Of a stretch of DNA of 23,302 nt, positions 1 through 8,525 are shown one piece after another (position 1 is the first letter of the stretch; every line of letters begins with the position of its first letter). Under the pieces are notes generated by a model that did not search any database, was not told where the DNA came from, and saw only the letters and a program-made list of their open reading frames with translations. The position numbers and the translations under genes were made by a program. Location: contig CAZJVP010000091.1 of NCBI GenBank assembly GCA_964549615.1, positions 1 through 23,302 of the forward strand, given 5' to 3'. This stretch comes from an uncultured Thermococci archaeon. Lineage in GTDB: Archaea > CAYQAE01 > CAYVLA01.

Positions 1-386
1 ACGTACAGGGGCGCACAGGCGCAGATGCTCTTCGCGTCCCGGAGGTTATCCGGATCGTATTCCACCCGCACCCCCGAAGGCGTGAAGCGCACGGTTCCCG
101 TTGCAGCGTAGGAGCCGCCGAAGAAGACGACGAGATCGAATAGGAGCCTCGAGTAGCTCGTGCCGTCCACGGCGGCGAACCGAACAGCATCGGTGCCGAA
201 GAACCGCCTGGCGGTTTCGCACGACCGGGTCGAATCAAAGGACTGGATCAGGAGATGGGAAAGCACGCCATCGTAGAGCTTCGATGCCGACGCGAACCTT
301 CTCTGGTATTCCATGATCTCCTGTTCGGCCCCGCTTCTCAGCATGCTGCCCATCCACTTGATCCTTTCCCCGATGCGCTCCTCCAA
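1..386 (-). CDS. NurA-like nuclease domain protein (partial, runs off the left edge)
   Basis: Hand translation of the minus strand from TTG 386 (alternative ATG 353) is open to the edge: LEERIGERIKWMGSMLRSGAEQEIMEYQRRF...RRFFGTDAVRFAAVDGTSYSRLLFDLVVFFGGSYAATGTVRF. FAAVDGT matches the NurA/RNase H-fold [AG]VDG[ST] catalytic strand. Upstream in-frame stop at 447-449. Confidence 0.7.
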   Translation of the reverse strand, partial: MEERIGERIKWMGSMLRSGAEQEIMEYQRRFASASKLYDGVLSHLLIQSFDSTRSCETARRFFGTDAVRFAAVDGTSYSRLLFDLVVFFGGSYAATGTVRFTPSGVRVEYDPDNLRDAKSICACAPLY

Positions 387-650
387 CGTGATCGCGCCTC
401 GCGCCTCAGCACGGAAGCGGACGCCTTCCCTAGAAGTAGGTTTCGTTCACCCAAGGTGGCAGGCGGTTGGATTCGCTCCAGCCTGGCGAGCATGACATGG
501 TCGGCTCATTATCCCCGTCGGCAAGCGAGGCGCAGAATGGATGGACCTCCCTGAGGATGGGTGGTTGTTCTACTCAAGGATGGATGGCTGTGAAGCGAGC
601 GCTACGAGGCTCGGGTGGTCCAAGGACCCGACGACGTCCAGGTCCGTCGC

Positions 651-863
651 TCATTTCGCGAGTATCGGCACCACATAGCCCGCGATTATGCACGAATACC
701 AAAGGTCCCTCGCGAACCACCAGGGCACCTTCCTCCCGAAGGGCAGGCTGAAGGCCGAATGATCCCAGGACTTGTGAAGCCACATCATCTCCAGCTGCCA
801 AAGCCCTATGAAGAGTAGGGAACCGGAGACGATCCCTGCGAAGACCTGCATGTTGGCGACCAT
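651..863 (-). CDS. Small hypothetical membrane protein (70 aa, two hydrophobic segments)
   Basis: ATG start. Hydrophobic stretches VFAGIVSGSLLFIGLW and LWYSCIIAGYVVPIL with a Trp-rich loop; composition is unlike GC-rich shadow ORFs. Confidence 0.55.
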   Translation of the reverse strand: MVANMQVFAGIVSGSLLFIGLWQLEMMWLHKSWDHSAFSLPFGRKVPWWFARDLWYSCIIAGYVVPILAK

Positions 864-1123
864 GGAACGTGTCTCCGACGATCGTGGTGGGTTCCGCGAG
901 AGCGCCTGATAAGGTTTCCCTGGGGCTGCGGCCCCGTTGCCCAGTGGGTAGCTCCCGCCCGCCTTCGATGACGCACATCCTGCCGGGACCGTGCCTTCTT
1001 TCTGGGCAGAGGAGGCCGTTCCGACTCCGGGCGAGTCCGCGCAGGTCAGGGTACCCCCGGGTCGGGCAGCGGCGTGGGAGAATAGGCATCCAAGACGACG
1101 AGCGCGACGTGCGCGCGGGAAGA

Positions 1124-1131
1124 TTATATAA
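1124..1131 (+). promoter_or_regulatory. Archaeal TATA box (TTATATAA) with purine-rich BRE, upstream of the aminotransferase
   Basis: GGGAAGA-TTATATAA is an isolated AT island about 60 nt before ATG 1190. Confidence 0.6.
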
Positions 1132-1189
1132 CGGCGCGAGCCCGGAGAGACCGGGCGAGAGCTTGCGGAGCTTCCAGGTCAAGGACGAT

Positions 1190-2299
1190 ATGCAGACCAA
1201 ATTCGGCACGATATACGGGCCGGAAGAGATCGCGGCGGTGACGGAGGTCATTCGTGCGGGTGCTCCGACCAACGATGCGAAGGTGCGAGCTTTCGAGGAG
1301 GCATTCGCCAGGTACTGCGGAGTGAAGTGGGCGATCGCGGTTACGTCTGGCACCACCGCGTTGAACCTAGGGTGTGTGGCCGGTGGAGTACGGCCGGGCG
1401 ATGAGGTCTTGGTGCCGGCGATAACTTGGATCGCCACGGCCAACGCTGCAGCCTTGCAGGGCGCGCGCATCGGCTTCGTTGACATCGATCCCAAGACCTA
1501 CAACATGGATCCGAAGGACCTTCGGAAGAAGATAACGGACAGGACCAAGATGGTGATTCCCGTCGACCTCTACGGACAGCCGTGCGATATGGATCGGATC
1601 ATGAGGATCGCTAGGAACAACGACATCCTTGTCATGACGGACTGCGCCCACTCCCCAGGCGCTGAGTATAGGGGCAGAAAGACCGGGTCGCTGGGGGACA
1701 TCGGTGCCTTCAGCTTCCACCAGCAGAAGAACATGTCCACGCTGGGCGAGGGTGGCATGGTGACGACCGATGACGAGACCATCTACAAGTCGGCGAAGAT
1801 GTTTCGGAATCACGGAAGGGAGGAGCACTCCCACGAGTTCTCCATGGTCGGCCACAACTACAGGATGACCGACGTCCAGGGGGCGGTCGGGTTGGTGCAG
1901 CTGGCGAAGTTGGATTCGTTCAATGAGAAAAGGATCGCGAACGCGACTCTATTGACCGACCTACTCGCTGATGTGCGGGGGATCGTCACGCCCTACGTGC
2001 AACGCGATGTGAAACACGTCTTTCATCTGTACAACATCCTCGTGGACGAGAAGAGGCTAGGGCTGAGCAGGGACCAGTTTGTCGAGAAGTTGGCGGCGGA
2101 CTACGGCATCCTTGCCGGCACGCACTACGCGCCGATTCATCTCGCGCCGATCTACAGAGAGAGGGGAAGCAAACCTGGCGACTGCCCCGTCGCCGAGAGG
2201 ATCGGGCGGATGAACTTCACGCTCCCCACACACCCTCGGCTGACAGAGGGGAATGTCCGCTACATGGCGAAGGCTGTGAGGGAGATCGCCGGATCATAG
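1190..2299 (+). CDS. DegT/DnrJ/EryC1/StrS family PLP-dependent (sugar) aminotransferase
   Basis: FEEAFARYCG, SGTTAL, GDEVLVPAITWIATANA, VDLYGQPCDM, DCAHSPGA and SFHQQKNMSTLGEGG (Schiff-base Lys). Start moved to ATG 1190, downstream of the TATA box. Confidence 0.95.
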   Translation: MQTKFGTIYGPEEIAAVTEVIRAGAPTNDAKVRAFEEAFARYCGVKWAIAVTSGTTALNLGCVAGGVRPGDEVLVPAITWIATANAAALQGARIGFVDIDPKTYNMDPKDLRKKITDRTKMVIPVDLYGQPCDMDRIMRIARNNDILVMTDCAHSPGAEYRGRKTGSLGDIGAFSFHQQKNMSTLGEGGMVTTDDETIYKSAKMFRNHGREEHSHEFSMVGHNYRMTDVQGAVGLVQLAKLDSFNEKRIANATLLTDLLADVRGIVTPYVQRDVKHVFHLYNILVDEKRLGLSRDQFVEKLAADYGILAGTHYAPIHLAPIYRERGSKPGDCPVAERIGRMNFTLPTHPRLTEGNVRYMAKAVREIAGS

Positions 2300-2335
2300 G
2301 AACGGGCGCGCCCGAGGTCCGCCGATACGGTTCGC

Positions 2336-2350
2336 TTGCCCTTTGGGCAA
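2336..2350. terminator. Short hairpin between convergent genes (possible terminator)
   Basis: TTGCCC-TTT-GGGCAA, a 6-bp stem between the aminotransferase and ECF ATPase stop codons. Confidence 0.25.
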
Positions 2351-2396
2351 CTCCCGGTTTGCCTGTCGCGGGCCTTATGTCACCGAGGCGGATCTT

Positions 2397-3221
2397 TTAG
2401 GACCTGCGGGACAGGGCCTTCCTAAGGATCTCTGCCGCCTCGTCGACGGAGGTCGGCTTTCCCAGCGAGATCCCGTCATTCTGTAGGAGTTCGAAGAGCT
2501 TCGGGATGGGCGGCACGTCGAGAGAAGCCCGTTCCAGCAGATGGGGATTTGAGAACAGTTCCGGGTATGTTCCCTCGCCGAGTTTCGTACGATCGATGAC
2601 TACGGCCCTGTCCGTGATCTCGAGTGCCGTCTGAACCTCGTGCGTGGCCACGAGCATGGTTGTGTGCAGACCGTTCAGCACCCTGATCAGGTCACGTTTG
2701 CCCTTGGGGTCGAGTTCGGCGGTTGGCTCGTCAAGGAACACGATCTTGGGCTCCATGGCCAACACCCCGGCTATTGCGACCCTTTTCTTCTCACCCCGGC
2801 TCAACCTATGTGGGGCCCTTTGATCAAACCCAACCAACCCGGTCGATTCCAATGCCTTGCGGACGTTTTCTCTGACAACGCCTTCGGGGAGTCTCATGTT
2901 GATGGGACCGAACGCGACGTCGTCCCAGACCCTTGGCATGAATATCTGGTCATCCGGATCCTGAAAGACCAGACCCATCAAGCGCCTCAGTCGGGGGGCG
3001 CTCTTGCTGTTCAGCTCCTCGCCCATGATCTGGATCGATCCCCTCTGGGGGAACCGCAGACCCATCAGAAGCTCAAACAGCGTCGACTTGCCAGCGCCGT
3101 TGGGGCCCAGGATGGCAACCCTCTCGCCTTCCGCGACGTCGAAACTGAGCGAGTCGAGTGCCAGGGTGCCGTCCTCGTATCGGTAGGAGACGTCTCTGAC
3201 GGATACCGATGTCAACCGCAC
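2397..3221 (-). CDS. cbiO: ECF transporter ATPase (NikO/CbiO)
   Basis: Walker A GPNGAGKST, Q-loop VFQDPDDQIF, signature LSRGEKKRVAIAG, Walker B FLDEPT, H-loop ATH. Overlaps the T-component gene. Confidence 0.93.
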   Translation of the reverse strand: MRLTSVSVRDVSYRYEDGTLALDSLSFDVAEGERVAILGPNGAGKSTLFELLMGLRFPQRGSIQIMGEELNSKSAPRLRRLMGLVFQDPDDQIFMPRVWDDVAFGPINMRLPEGVVRENVRKALESTGLVGFDQRAPHRLSRGEKKRVAIAGVLAMEPKIVFLDEPTAELDPKGKRDLIRVLNGLHTTMLVATHEVQTALEITDRAVVIDRTKLGEGTYPELFSNPHLLERASLDVPPIPKLFELLQNDGISLGKPTSVDEAAEILRKALSRRS

Positions 3222-3934
3222 ACCCCCAGCTCCGTCAGCGATAGGGAAAGGATCGTCGCGCCCGCGAAGGCCAGGAAGGCCAGATCACGGAACCCGAGCC
3301 TGAACCGCGTGAGCGTTTCCACCTTTCCCTCGTACCGCCTCGCCATGAGAGCGTGGCTCACAGCCATGCCCCGGTGGTAGGCCCTGTAAAGCACGGCGCC
3401 GGCTGACGAGGCTATGACCGCCAGACCTCGCCGGTCAAGCAGGCTCTTGACCTCGAAGCCCCTTGCCTTCCTCGCGGTGGACATACGCTCATTCTCATCA
3501 GCGAAGAGGAACAGGTACCTGTAGAGGAAGATCAGCATCTCACAGAGGACCTGGGGAAAGCGGAAGAACCGCAGCGCTCGGACGAGGTCGAAGGACGGGG
3601 TCGTTGAGGCCAGAAGCAGGATGTATGCGCCGCAAGCGAGAACGCGAATGAATGTGACCAGCGCCCGCCAGACCCCTCCGAAAGGCAGAATCGAGACGAA
3701 CGCGAAGCCAGCAAAGACTGCGATTTGGAGAAGGCGCTTTGCTGTGGGCCTGACCGGGAGCCCTGACGCGGCAAGCAACAGGATGGAGATCGCGAAGGAG
3801 GCCACGACCGACACGGCCCGCGTCAGGAGCGCGGTTGTTACAGTGAGCGCTAGCAACCCTGCGAGCTTGCCCCTCGGATCCAGAACGATGAACCTCGACT
3901 TTTCGGCGTGGAAGTCGAGGGCGTCATGCTGCAC
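3212..3934 (-). CDS. cbiQ: ECF transporter transmembrane T component (NikQ/CbiQ)
   Basis: LDPRGKL, LASTTP..L..AL, YRYLFLF and two conserved Arg motifs (ARKARG, AL-MARRY). Confidence 0.92.
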   Translation of the reverse strand: MQHDALDFHAEKSRFIVLDPRGKLAGLLALTVTTALLTRAVSVVASFAISILLLAASGLPVRPTAKRLLQIAVFAGFAFVSILPFGGVWRALVTFIRVLACGAYILLLASTTPSFDLVRALRFFRFPQVLCEMLIFLYRYLFLFADENERMSTARKARGFEVKSLLDRRGLAVIASSAGAVLYRAYHRGMAVSHALMARRYEGKVETLTRFRLGFRDLAFLAFAGATILSLSLTELGVCG

Positions 3935-4202
3935 GTCTCGCGATCACAAACCTGCCCACGGCGTATGCCAGTATGAATAGCAGCGCAAAGCCGACGATGC
4001 CAGCCAGGAAGGCACTTGCATAGTCGTCCCCGTAGTCCAAGGGGGCTCCGAAGAAAGGCTCGCCTTCCTCCACGCCGGCCTTCTCTAGAGTCTTCTCCAG
4101 GCCGTCGCCGTGCCCGGCGCTGAAGAGAAAGAAGAGCTCAAGGCCTATCGCGAACAGGATGATGATGCCAACGAGTGCAGCGATGTAGCGGGTCGTCTTC
4201 AT
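3924..4202 (-). CDS. PDGLE-domain NikN/CbiN-like accessory subunit (92 aa)
   Basis: MKTTRYIAALVGIIILF...GDGLEKTLE...PLDYG...FLAGIVGF: two TM helices and a DGLE motif. ATG 4202 overlaps the cbiM stop (ATGA). The track's 300-aa ORF is an over-extension. Confidence 0.85.
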   Translation of the reverse strand: MKTTRYIAALVGIIILFAIGLELFFLFSAGHGDGLEKTLEKAGVEEGEPFFGAPLDYGDDYASAFLAGIVGFALLFILAYAVGRFVIARRAA

Positions 4203-4849
4203 GCCAACTGCCCCCTGGGGCTGGCAAAGATCTCGGGCAAGACCTGGTGGAGGTAGAGGATGATGCCGGACGTCAGAAGCCCCTCTCCGACGCCGATGAG
4301 GGCGTGGTACCCGAGCATCGACGGCAGGGCAATCGCCATCGGGATCCCATAGGACCCACCCGAGGCCCAGTAGCTTGCGCCCAACTCCACTGCGCACGCC
4401 AAGGCGCCCGCCAGGACGGCCGCCCACCCGGCAACGATCGCGGCCAGGTGTTTTCCGGAGTCCGAGGAGCGGCCGTAGATGGCCCGAGCGACCCCGCAGC
4501 CGATGACCGCCATGTTCAGCATGTTGAGGCCGAGCGCCGTCACGCCACCGTCTCCAAACAGTAAAGCCTGCACTATGAGAATCAAGGCGAGAACCAAGAC
4601 GGCGGGTGCAAATCCCAGCACGATGGTGGCCAGCGCCGCACCAACGAGATGGCCGGTGGTGCCACCACCAATCGGGAAGTTCAGCATCTGGGCAACGAAG
4701 ATGCCTGCGCCAAGGAGGGCCATCAATGGGATCCTCTCCCGGGCAAGCGTGAGCCGGGTTTTCCTCAGGGCATACCAGACCGCGCCGACGGAGATGATCC
4801 ACCCGATTCCGAGCAGTGCCGGCCACATCAGACCGTCAGGGATGTGCAT
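4199..4849 (-). CDS. cbiM: Ni/Co ECF substrate-binding S component (NikM/CbiM)
   Basis: N-terminal metal-binding MHIPDG, QMLNFPIGGGTTGHLVG, QALLFGDGGVTALGLN, HALIGVGEG. True start is ATG 4849. Confidence 0.95.
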   Translation of the reverse strand: MHIPDGLMWPALLGIGWIISVGAVWYALRKTRLTLARERIPLMALLGAGIFVAQMLNFPIGGGTTGHLVGAALATIVLGFAPAVLVLALILIVQALLFGDGGVTALGLNMLNMAVIGCGVARAIYGRSSDSGKHLAAIVAGWAAVLAGALACAVELGASYWASGGSYGIPMAIALPSMLGYHALIGVGEGLLTSGIILYLHQVLPEIFASPRGQLA

Positions 4850-4859
4850 GGGCCTCGCC

Positions 4860-4887
4860 GTGTTACGTTTCCGACAAGAAGTATGAA
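4860..4887. promoter_or_regulatory. Candidate NikR operator over the nikM promoter
   Basis: Imperfect inverted repeat GTGTTAC-N14-GTATGAA, 11-38 nt upstream of the nikM start in an AT-rich gap; nikR is adjacent. Confidence 0.45.
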
Positions 4888-4951
4888 ATGCTTGAAAAAT
4901 GTATCTGGGTGGCCGGACCACCATTTCCTGGCTGACCGGGTGTCCGACGCC

Positions 4952-5371
4952 TCAGGTCGAGTGGGCGGCGAGCGTCGTCGTCCTGAGCTGCTTGACGCCC
5001 GGTATGCCCATGAGGCCTTGCGCGAGGCTCTGGATGGATTCGATCCTTCCCCTTACGGCGACGATCAGGAGGCAGTTCCGTTCATCCAGGTGGACGTGCG
5101 TCGCAGAGACTATCACCTCGTGGTACTTGTGCTGGATCTCCGTGAGCTCCCTGTCGGCGTTTGGTTTTTCGTGGTCGTACACGAGCGTCAGTGCACCCGC
5201 CCCCGTTGCGTCCTTCTTCCGGTCCCAGGCATACTCGGCCAGAAAGTTCCGCATCGCCAAGGCGACGGCCTTCGATCTATCGTACCCCATCTCCCTGACC
5301 GCGGAGTCAAACTCGCGCAGGAGAGAAGAAGGCGCTGATATGGTGAATCGGGAAAGATCTCCGGAGACCAT
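4952..5371 (-). CDS. nikR: Nickel-responsive transcriptional regulator NikR
   Basis: RHH N-terminus (RFTIS...LL.EFD...GY.RSKAV) and ACT domain with LVYDH, EIQH, HVHLD..NC nickel ligands. Confidence 0.95.
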   Translation of the reverse strand: MVSGDLSRFTISAPSSLLREFDSAVREMGYDRSKAVALAMRNFLAEYAWDRKKDATGAGALTLVYDHEKPNADRELTEIQHKYHEVIVSATHVHLDERNCLLIVAVRGRIESIQSLAQGLMGIPGVKQLRTTTLAAHST

Positions 5372-5540
5372 GGTATCCCGCTTTGCTCAAGAACTCCCGG
5401 CCCTTATTTATTTGAGGCAGGTTCACCTGCTTCGTCCTGGTCCAAGGTCGTTGCGAACGGTCTGTCTTGATTGGGGCGGGTTCAACGGGGAGCCGTCGCT
5501 TGCGGGGAACTTTTTCTGCTGACAGCGGCGCAGTGGGTCT

Positions 5541-6242
5541 GTGGGTAGGCAGCTCATCGCGGTTGTGGTTGCGACCGTTGCAAGCTCCTTCGTCCTCGGG
5601 TGCACGGTGATAACCAAGACGGGGCTGACACGATCGCCGGCCGAGGAGAGCCTCACCAGGGCCTTCGAGTGGAAGTATGGCGGCAGAACCTACAGATGGG
5701 AGGTGCCGATCCCCGCCGAACTTCTGGAGTACTACCGCAGAAAGCCCCGCACGCGCGACTACAGCGAATACGTGAAGGATTCCCATGACGACCAGTATCT
5801 CGCCTCGTTATGTTCCAAACTGTCCCAAGCTGACGCTGCCTCGGACTGGAGTGGCAAGATCGACTTCGTGCTGGCCTTCGTTCAGAGCCTGAAGTACGCG
5901 CCGGACGAAACGCTGGGCTACGACGAGTACCCCAGGTACCCGATCGAAACGCTGGTGGACGAGGGCGGCGATTGCGAGGACACAAGCATCCTGTTTGCGG
6001 CCATCGTCAGGGAGCTTGGTTACGGCTGCGTGCTCTTGAGATTCGACGAGTCGCGGCATATGGCGGCGGGCGTGAGGATCTCGAGTGATGTGATTGCGGA
6101 CTGGCGAAAGGGATATGCCCTCACCTATTACGAGGATGATGGCAAGTTCTATGCATACTGCGAGACCACGGGGTCAGGCTGGAGAATAGGGGAGAAGCCC
6201 GATTGGGTCACGGACAAGGCCGCCGCGGTCATACACACCTGA
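5541..6242 (+). CDS. Transglutaminase-like (papain-fold) cysteine protease domain protein, probable lipoprotein
   Basis: Signal peptide with lipobox-like VLGC, FVQSLKY, YPRYPIETLVD, GGDCEDTSIL (Cys), HMAAGV (His), YCETTG (acidic residue). Confidence 0.85.
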   Translation: MGRQLIAVVVATVASSFVLGCTVITKTGLTRSPAEESLTRAFEWKYGGRTYRWEVPIPAELLEYYRRKPRTRDYSEYVKDSHDDQYLASLCSKLSQADAASDWSGKIDFVLAFVQSLKYAPDETLGYDEYPRYPIETLVDEGGDCEDTSILFAAIVRELGYGCVLLRFDESRHMAAGVRISSDVIADWRKGYALTYYEDDGKFYAYCETTGSGWRIGEKPDWVTDKAAAVIHT

Positions 6243-6307
6243 GATCAGCGACCTGGACGCACAATAGATTTTTGTGGACCGAAGCTTTTGGTAGGCGGGC
6301 GATTACC

Positions 6308-7159
6308 GTGGACCGCGGCCTTGTCGGGGTTCTTCTGATCTGTCTCGTCGGATCGACGATCGTAGCCTTCCTCTTCTTCGGCCTCAAGCCGTCCGAGAAG
6401 GTTACGGTGATCAGGTTCGAGGCCTTTGAGGAGGCGCTTGAGAAGAACAAGCCTTATTCGCTTGAGCTGCTGGCAAGGCAGCCGATCAGGCATCTGACCA
6501 TCCAGTTTTCGTATCTCGTGAGGGTAAGCCAGAAGACGTACGAGGCGCTCAGATCCTTGCCGGAATCCCGGGGACTACTCGGCCCTTCGAAGGAAGCTCT
6601 GTGCGCGATGCCCAAGGTGGAGGCGATCCTAGAGATGATGCGGCCCTTTCCCGACGCGCCGGAGACTCGATTCTTCACCGACCGCGCGGTGTTCAGCGAT
6701 CGGCTGCGAACCGTGGAGTACGACGTGGCGGTGCTGGATCTGCACGGGTTTTTCGAGCACCTGCCATCTAGCGCAGCGCCTGACGTTTTCGGCACCTACA
6801 GCGTCTTTGCGGCGTTCTTCCACGCCGGAAACGTCTCCTTCTACGAGGGCGCGTCTGACTTCTACCTGAACCGTCGTGATTCCATCGGCGAGATCTCGTA
6901 TGGGGTGGGAGAGGAGTCCCATTTGTTCGAGAATCGAAACGTCATCGTGCCGCGGACACCGGACTACGTCGATGTGGTCAAGGCCCCTCCCTTCGGAACG
7001 CTGTCGTTTGAGAATGTACGGGAAGGCGAAACCGTTCGTTTCTTCTTCACCACGAGACACTTGGCCGGCCCCGGCGTTCTGATTGCCCGGGTTTTTGCGG
7101 ACGGGGTGCAGGCCAAGGTCATCTACAAGTTCCTTGGGTGGCCCGAACAGGCGTACTAG
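6308..7159 (+). CDS. Hypothetical N-terminally membrane-anchored protein
   Basis: Long ORF with normal composition. Likely GTG start at 6308, followed by TM GLVGVLLICLVGSTIVAFLFFGL and a soluble region with a beta-rich C-terminus. No family recognised. Confidence 0.7.
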   Translation: MDRGLVGVLLICLVGSTIVAFLFFGLKPSEKVTVIRFEAFEEALEKNKPYSLELLARQPIRHLTIQFSYLVRVSQKTYEALRSLPESRGLLGPSKEALCAMPKVEAILEMMRPFPDAPETRFFTDRAVFSDRLRTVEYDVAVLDLHGFFEHLPSSAAPDVFGTYSVFAAFFHAGNVSFYEGASDFYLNRRDSIGEISYGVGEESHLFENRNVIVPRTPDYVDVVKAPPFGTLSFENVREGETVRFFFTTRHLAGPGVLIARVFADGVQAKVIYKFLGWPEQAY

Positions 7160-8364
7160 CGCGCCAGCGGTTTCATCCGCGTCTCCCGCACCTCTCTGTA
7201 GAGCTTCTTCTTGACCATCAGCGTCCACACGACGTAGCCAGCGATCATGGATGTGGCCGTCACCGCAAGCCACTCCGAGACGAACACCCAGAAGATGGCT
7301 CGGTTCCACAGGGCGAACGCAAGCCTTGTCAGCCGATCGTACTCCTGGCTGATCCCGTTTAGTGCCGTCTCAGTCGCCTCCATGTCGGCCTTGATGAAGC
7401 TGTTCCTAGCCTGTTTGTAGGCTTCGACCTGTGCCTGAATTCCAAGCTCCACCTGGCGGAGGTTGGCGCCGAACTTGTCTGCGAACTCGATGAAGGACAG
7501 AAGATACAGCCTCTGCTCGTAGACCTCCTTGAATCGGCCTCTAAGGCGATGCTCCAGCAGCACGTCGTCGGGGATCGGGGCCTGGGCCGTGAAGTAGATG
7601 AGATGTGCGAGCACGTCTTCGTGGTAGGGCCACCTGTAGAATGTCCCCTCGTCGATGTGCCACTTGTGAACGTAAGCGAATGAGACCCCATTTCCCCACA
7701 TCCAGTAGGCCATGTAGGGCTTGCCCTCGTTCACGGGCACGGTGGGTTCCATCTCGGCGATCGTGGTTGCCCCTGGCTTGGTCCAGGGCTTGTTGCTCGA
7801 AGATATCCAGACCTCCTGCCACGGAATATCGCGTGTGAGAGGGTGATTGGGGATCACGGGTATGCAGTGGAACTGCTCGGGAGGGCCGTAGAGCCCTGGC
7901 TTGTCGTCGACCGGCAGAATGTCCCCGATGGGCGTGAGGTACCACGAGGGGTGGCTTCCGCTGGTGGCAAAGGAGGACGAGTCGTCCGCCATCAAGAATC
8001 CGATTCCCGTCCGATTCATCTCCTCGATCAGCCACTTGATGAAAGGCCCCGGGAGGTCGGTGGCCGTCATGCCGTCCTCCACGACAACGTCGTACTTCGC
8101 TAAGAGCTCCTCGCGGCTCCTAGGGAGGTATATCCGCAGGTTCCTTTTGGCCTCCTCGCCCATGGACCATGCATGGGCCGGGACGGGCATCCACGAGATC
8201 CTTGGGTCCCTGACGAAGGTCGGCCCCGGGGAGGCGGGCTGCAACCATGCCTTGCCTATGTGGAGCATGCGTATGATGCCGGTTTCGGGGTCGGTCCTTG
8301 CAGCTGCCGCTGGGAACGATAGGATCAGGGCTAGGGCGACAAGAAGGATCGTGCTCTTCCCCAA
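7156..8364 (-). CDS. Exported, C-terminally anchored glutamine amidotransferase-like (DUF1355-like) protein, paralogue 1
   Basis: Signal peptide ending AAA, RTDPETG, RIYLPR, KYDVVV, GIGFLM, HPLTRDIPW, EFADKFGAN, AIFWVFVSEWL...WTLMVKKKLYREVRETR. Homologous to three other ORFs in this window. Confidence 0.8.
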   Translation of the reverse strand: MGKSTILLVALALILSFPAAAARTDPETGIIRMLHIGKAWLQPASPGPTFVRDPRISWMPVPAHAWSMGEEAKRNLRIYLPRSREELLAKYDVVVEDGMTATDLPGPFIKWLIEEMNRTGIGFLMADDSSSFATSGSHPSWYLTPIGDILPVDDKPGLYGPPEQFHCIPVIPNHPLTRDIPWQEVWISSSNKPWTKPGATTIAEMEPTVPVNEGKPYMAYWMWGNGVSFAYVHKWHIDEGTFYRWPYHEDVLAHLIYFTAQAPIPDDVLLEHRLRGRFKEVYEQRLYLLSFIEFADKFGANLRQVELGIQAQVEAYKQARNSFIKADMEATETALNGISQEYDRLTRLAFALWNRAIFWVFVSEWLAVTATSMIAGYVVWTLMVKKKLYREVRETRMKPLAR

Positions 8365-8525
8365 ATCTGCCTCGCATCCGATGGGACGCTAGGCAAAATA
8401 AATCTCTCTTTTGTCGGCGTGCATCCGGGGATGGTCAGACCTATGGCAAAAACGCCCACCGCTAGCTCGCAGTTGTGATGGGAGCGTTCGTACCATTATT
8501 CTAGGCGTGGCGTTTGCCAGAGGCC

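Noticed and set aside
101-818. Plus-strand ORFs 101-316, 255-554, 313-495, 467-751 and 615-818
   Set aside because: Largely antisense shadows of the NurA-like and small membrane genes; Arg/Ser/Pro-rich with no motifs.
869-1189. 107-aa N-terminal extension of the aminotransferase
   Set aside because: Low-complexity Arg/Pro/Gly sequence that contains the TATA box; family homology starts at Met 1190.
4203-4826. 300-aa ORF 3924-4826 as a long fusion protein
   Set aside because: The 5' part is an alternate frame of cbiM; only 3924-4202 is the PDGLE protein.
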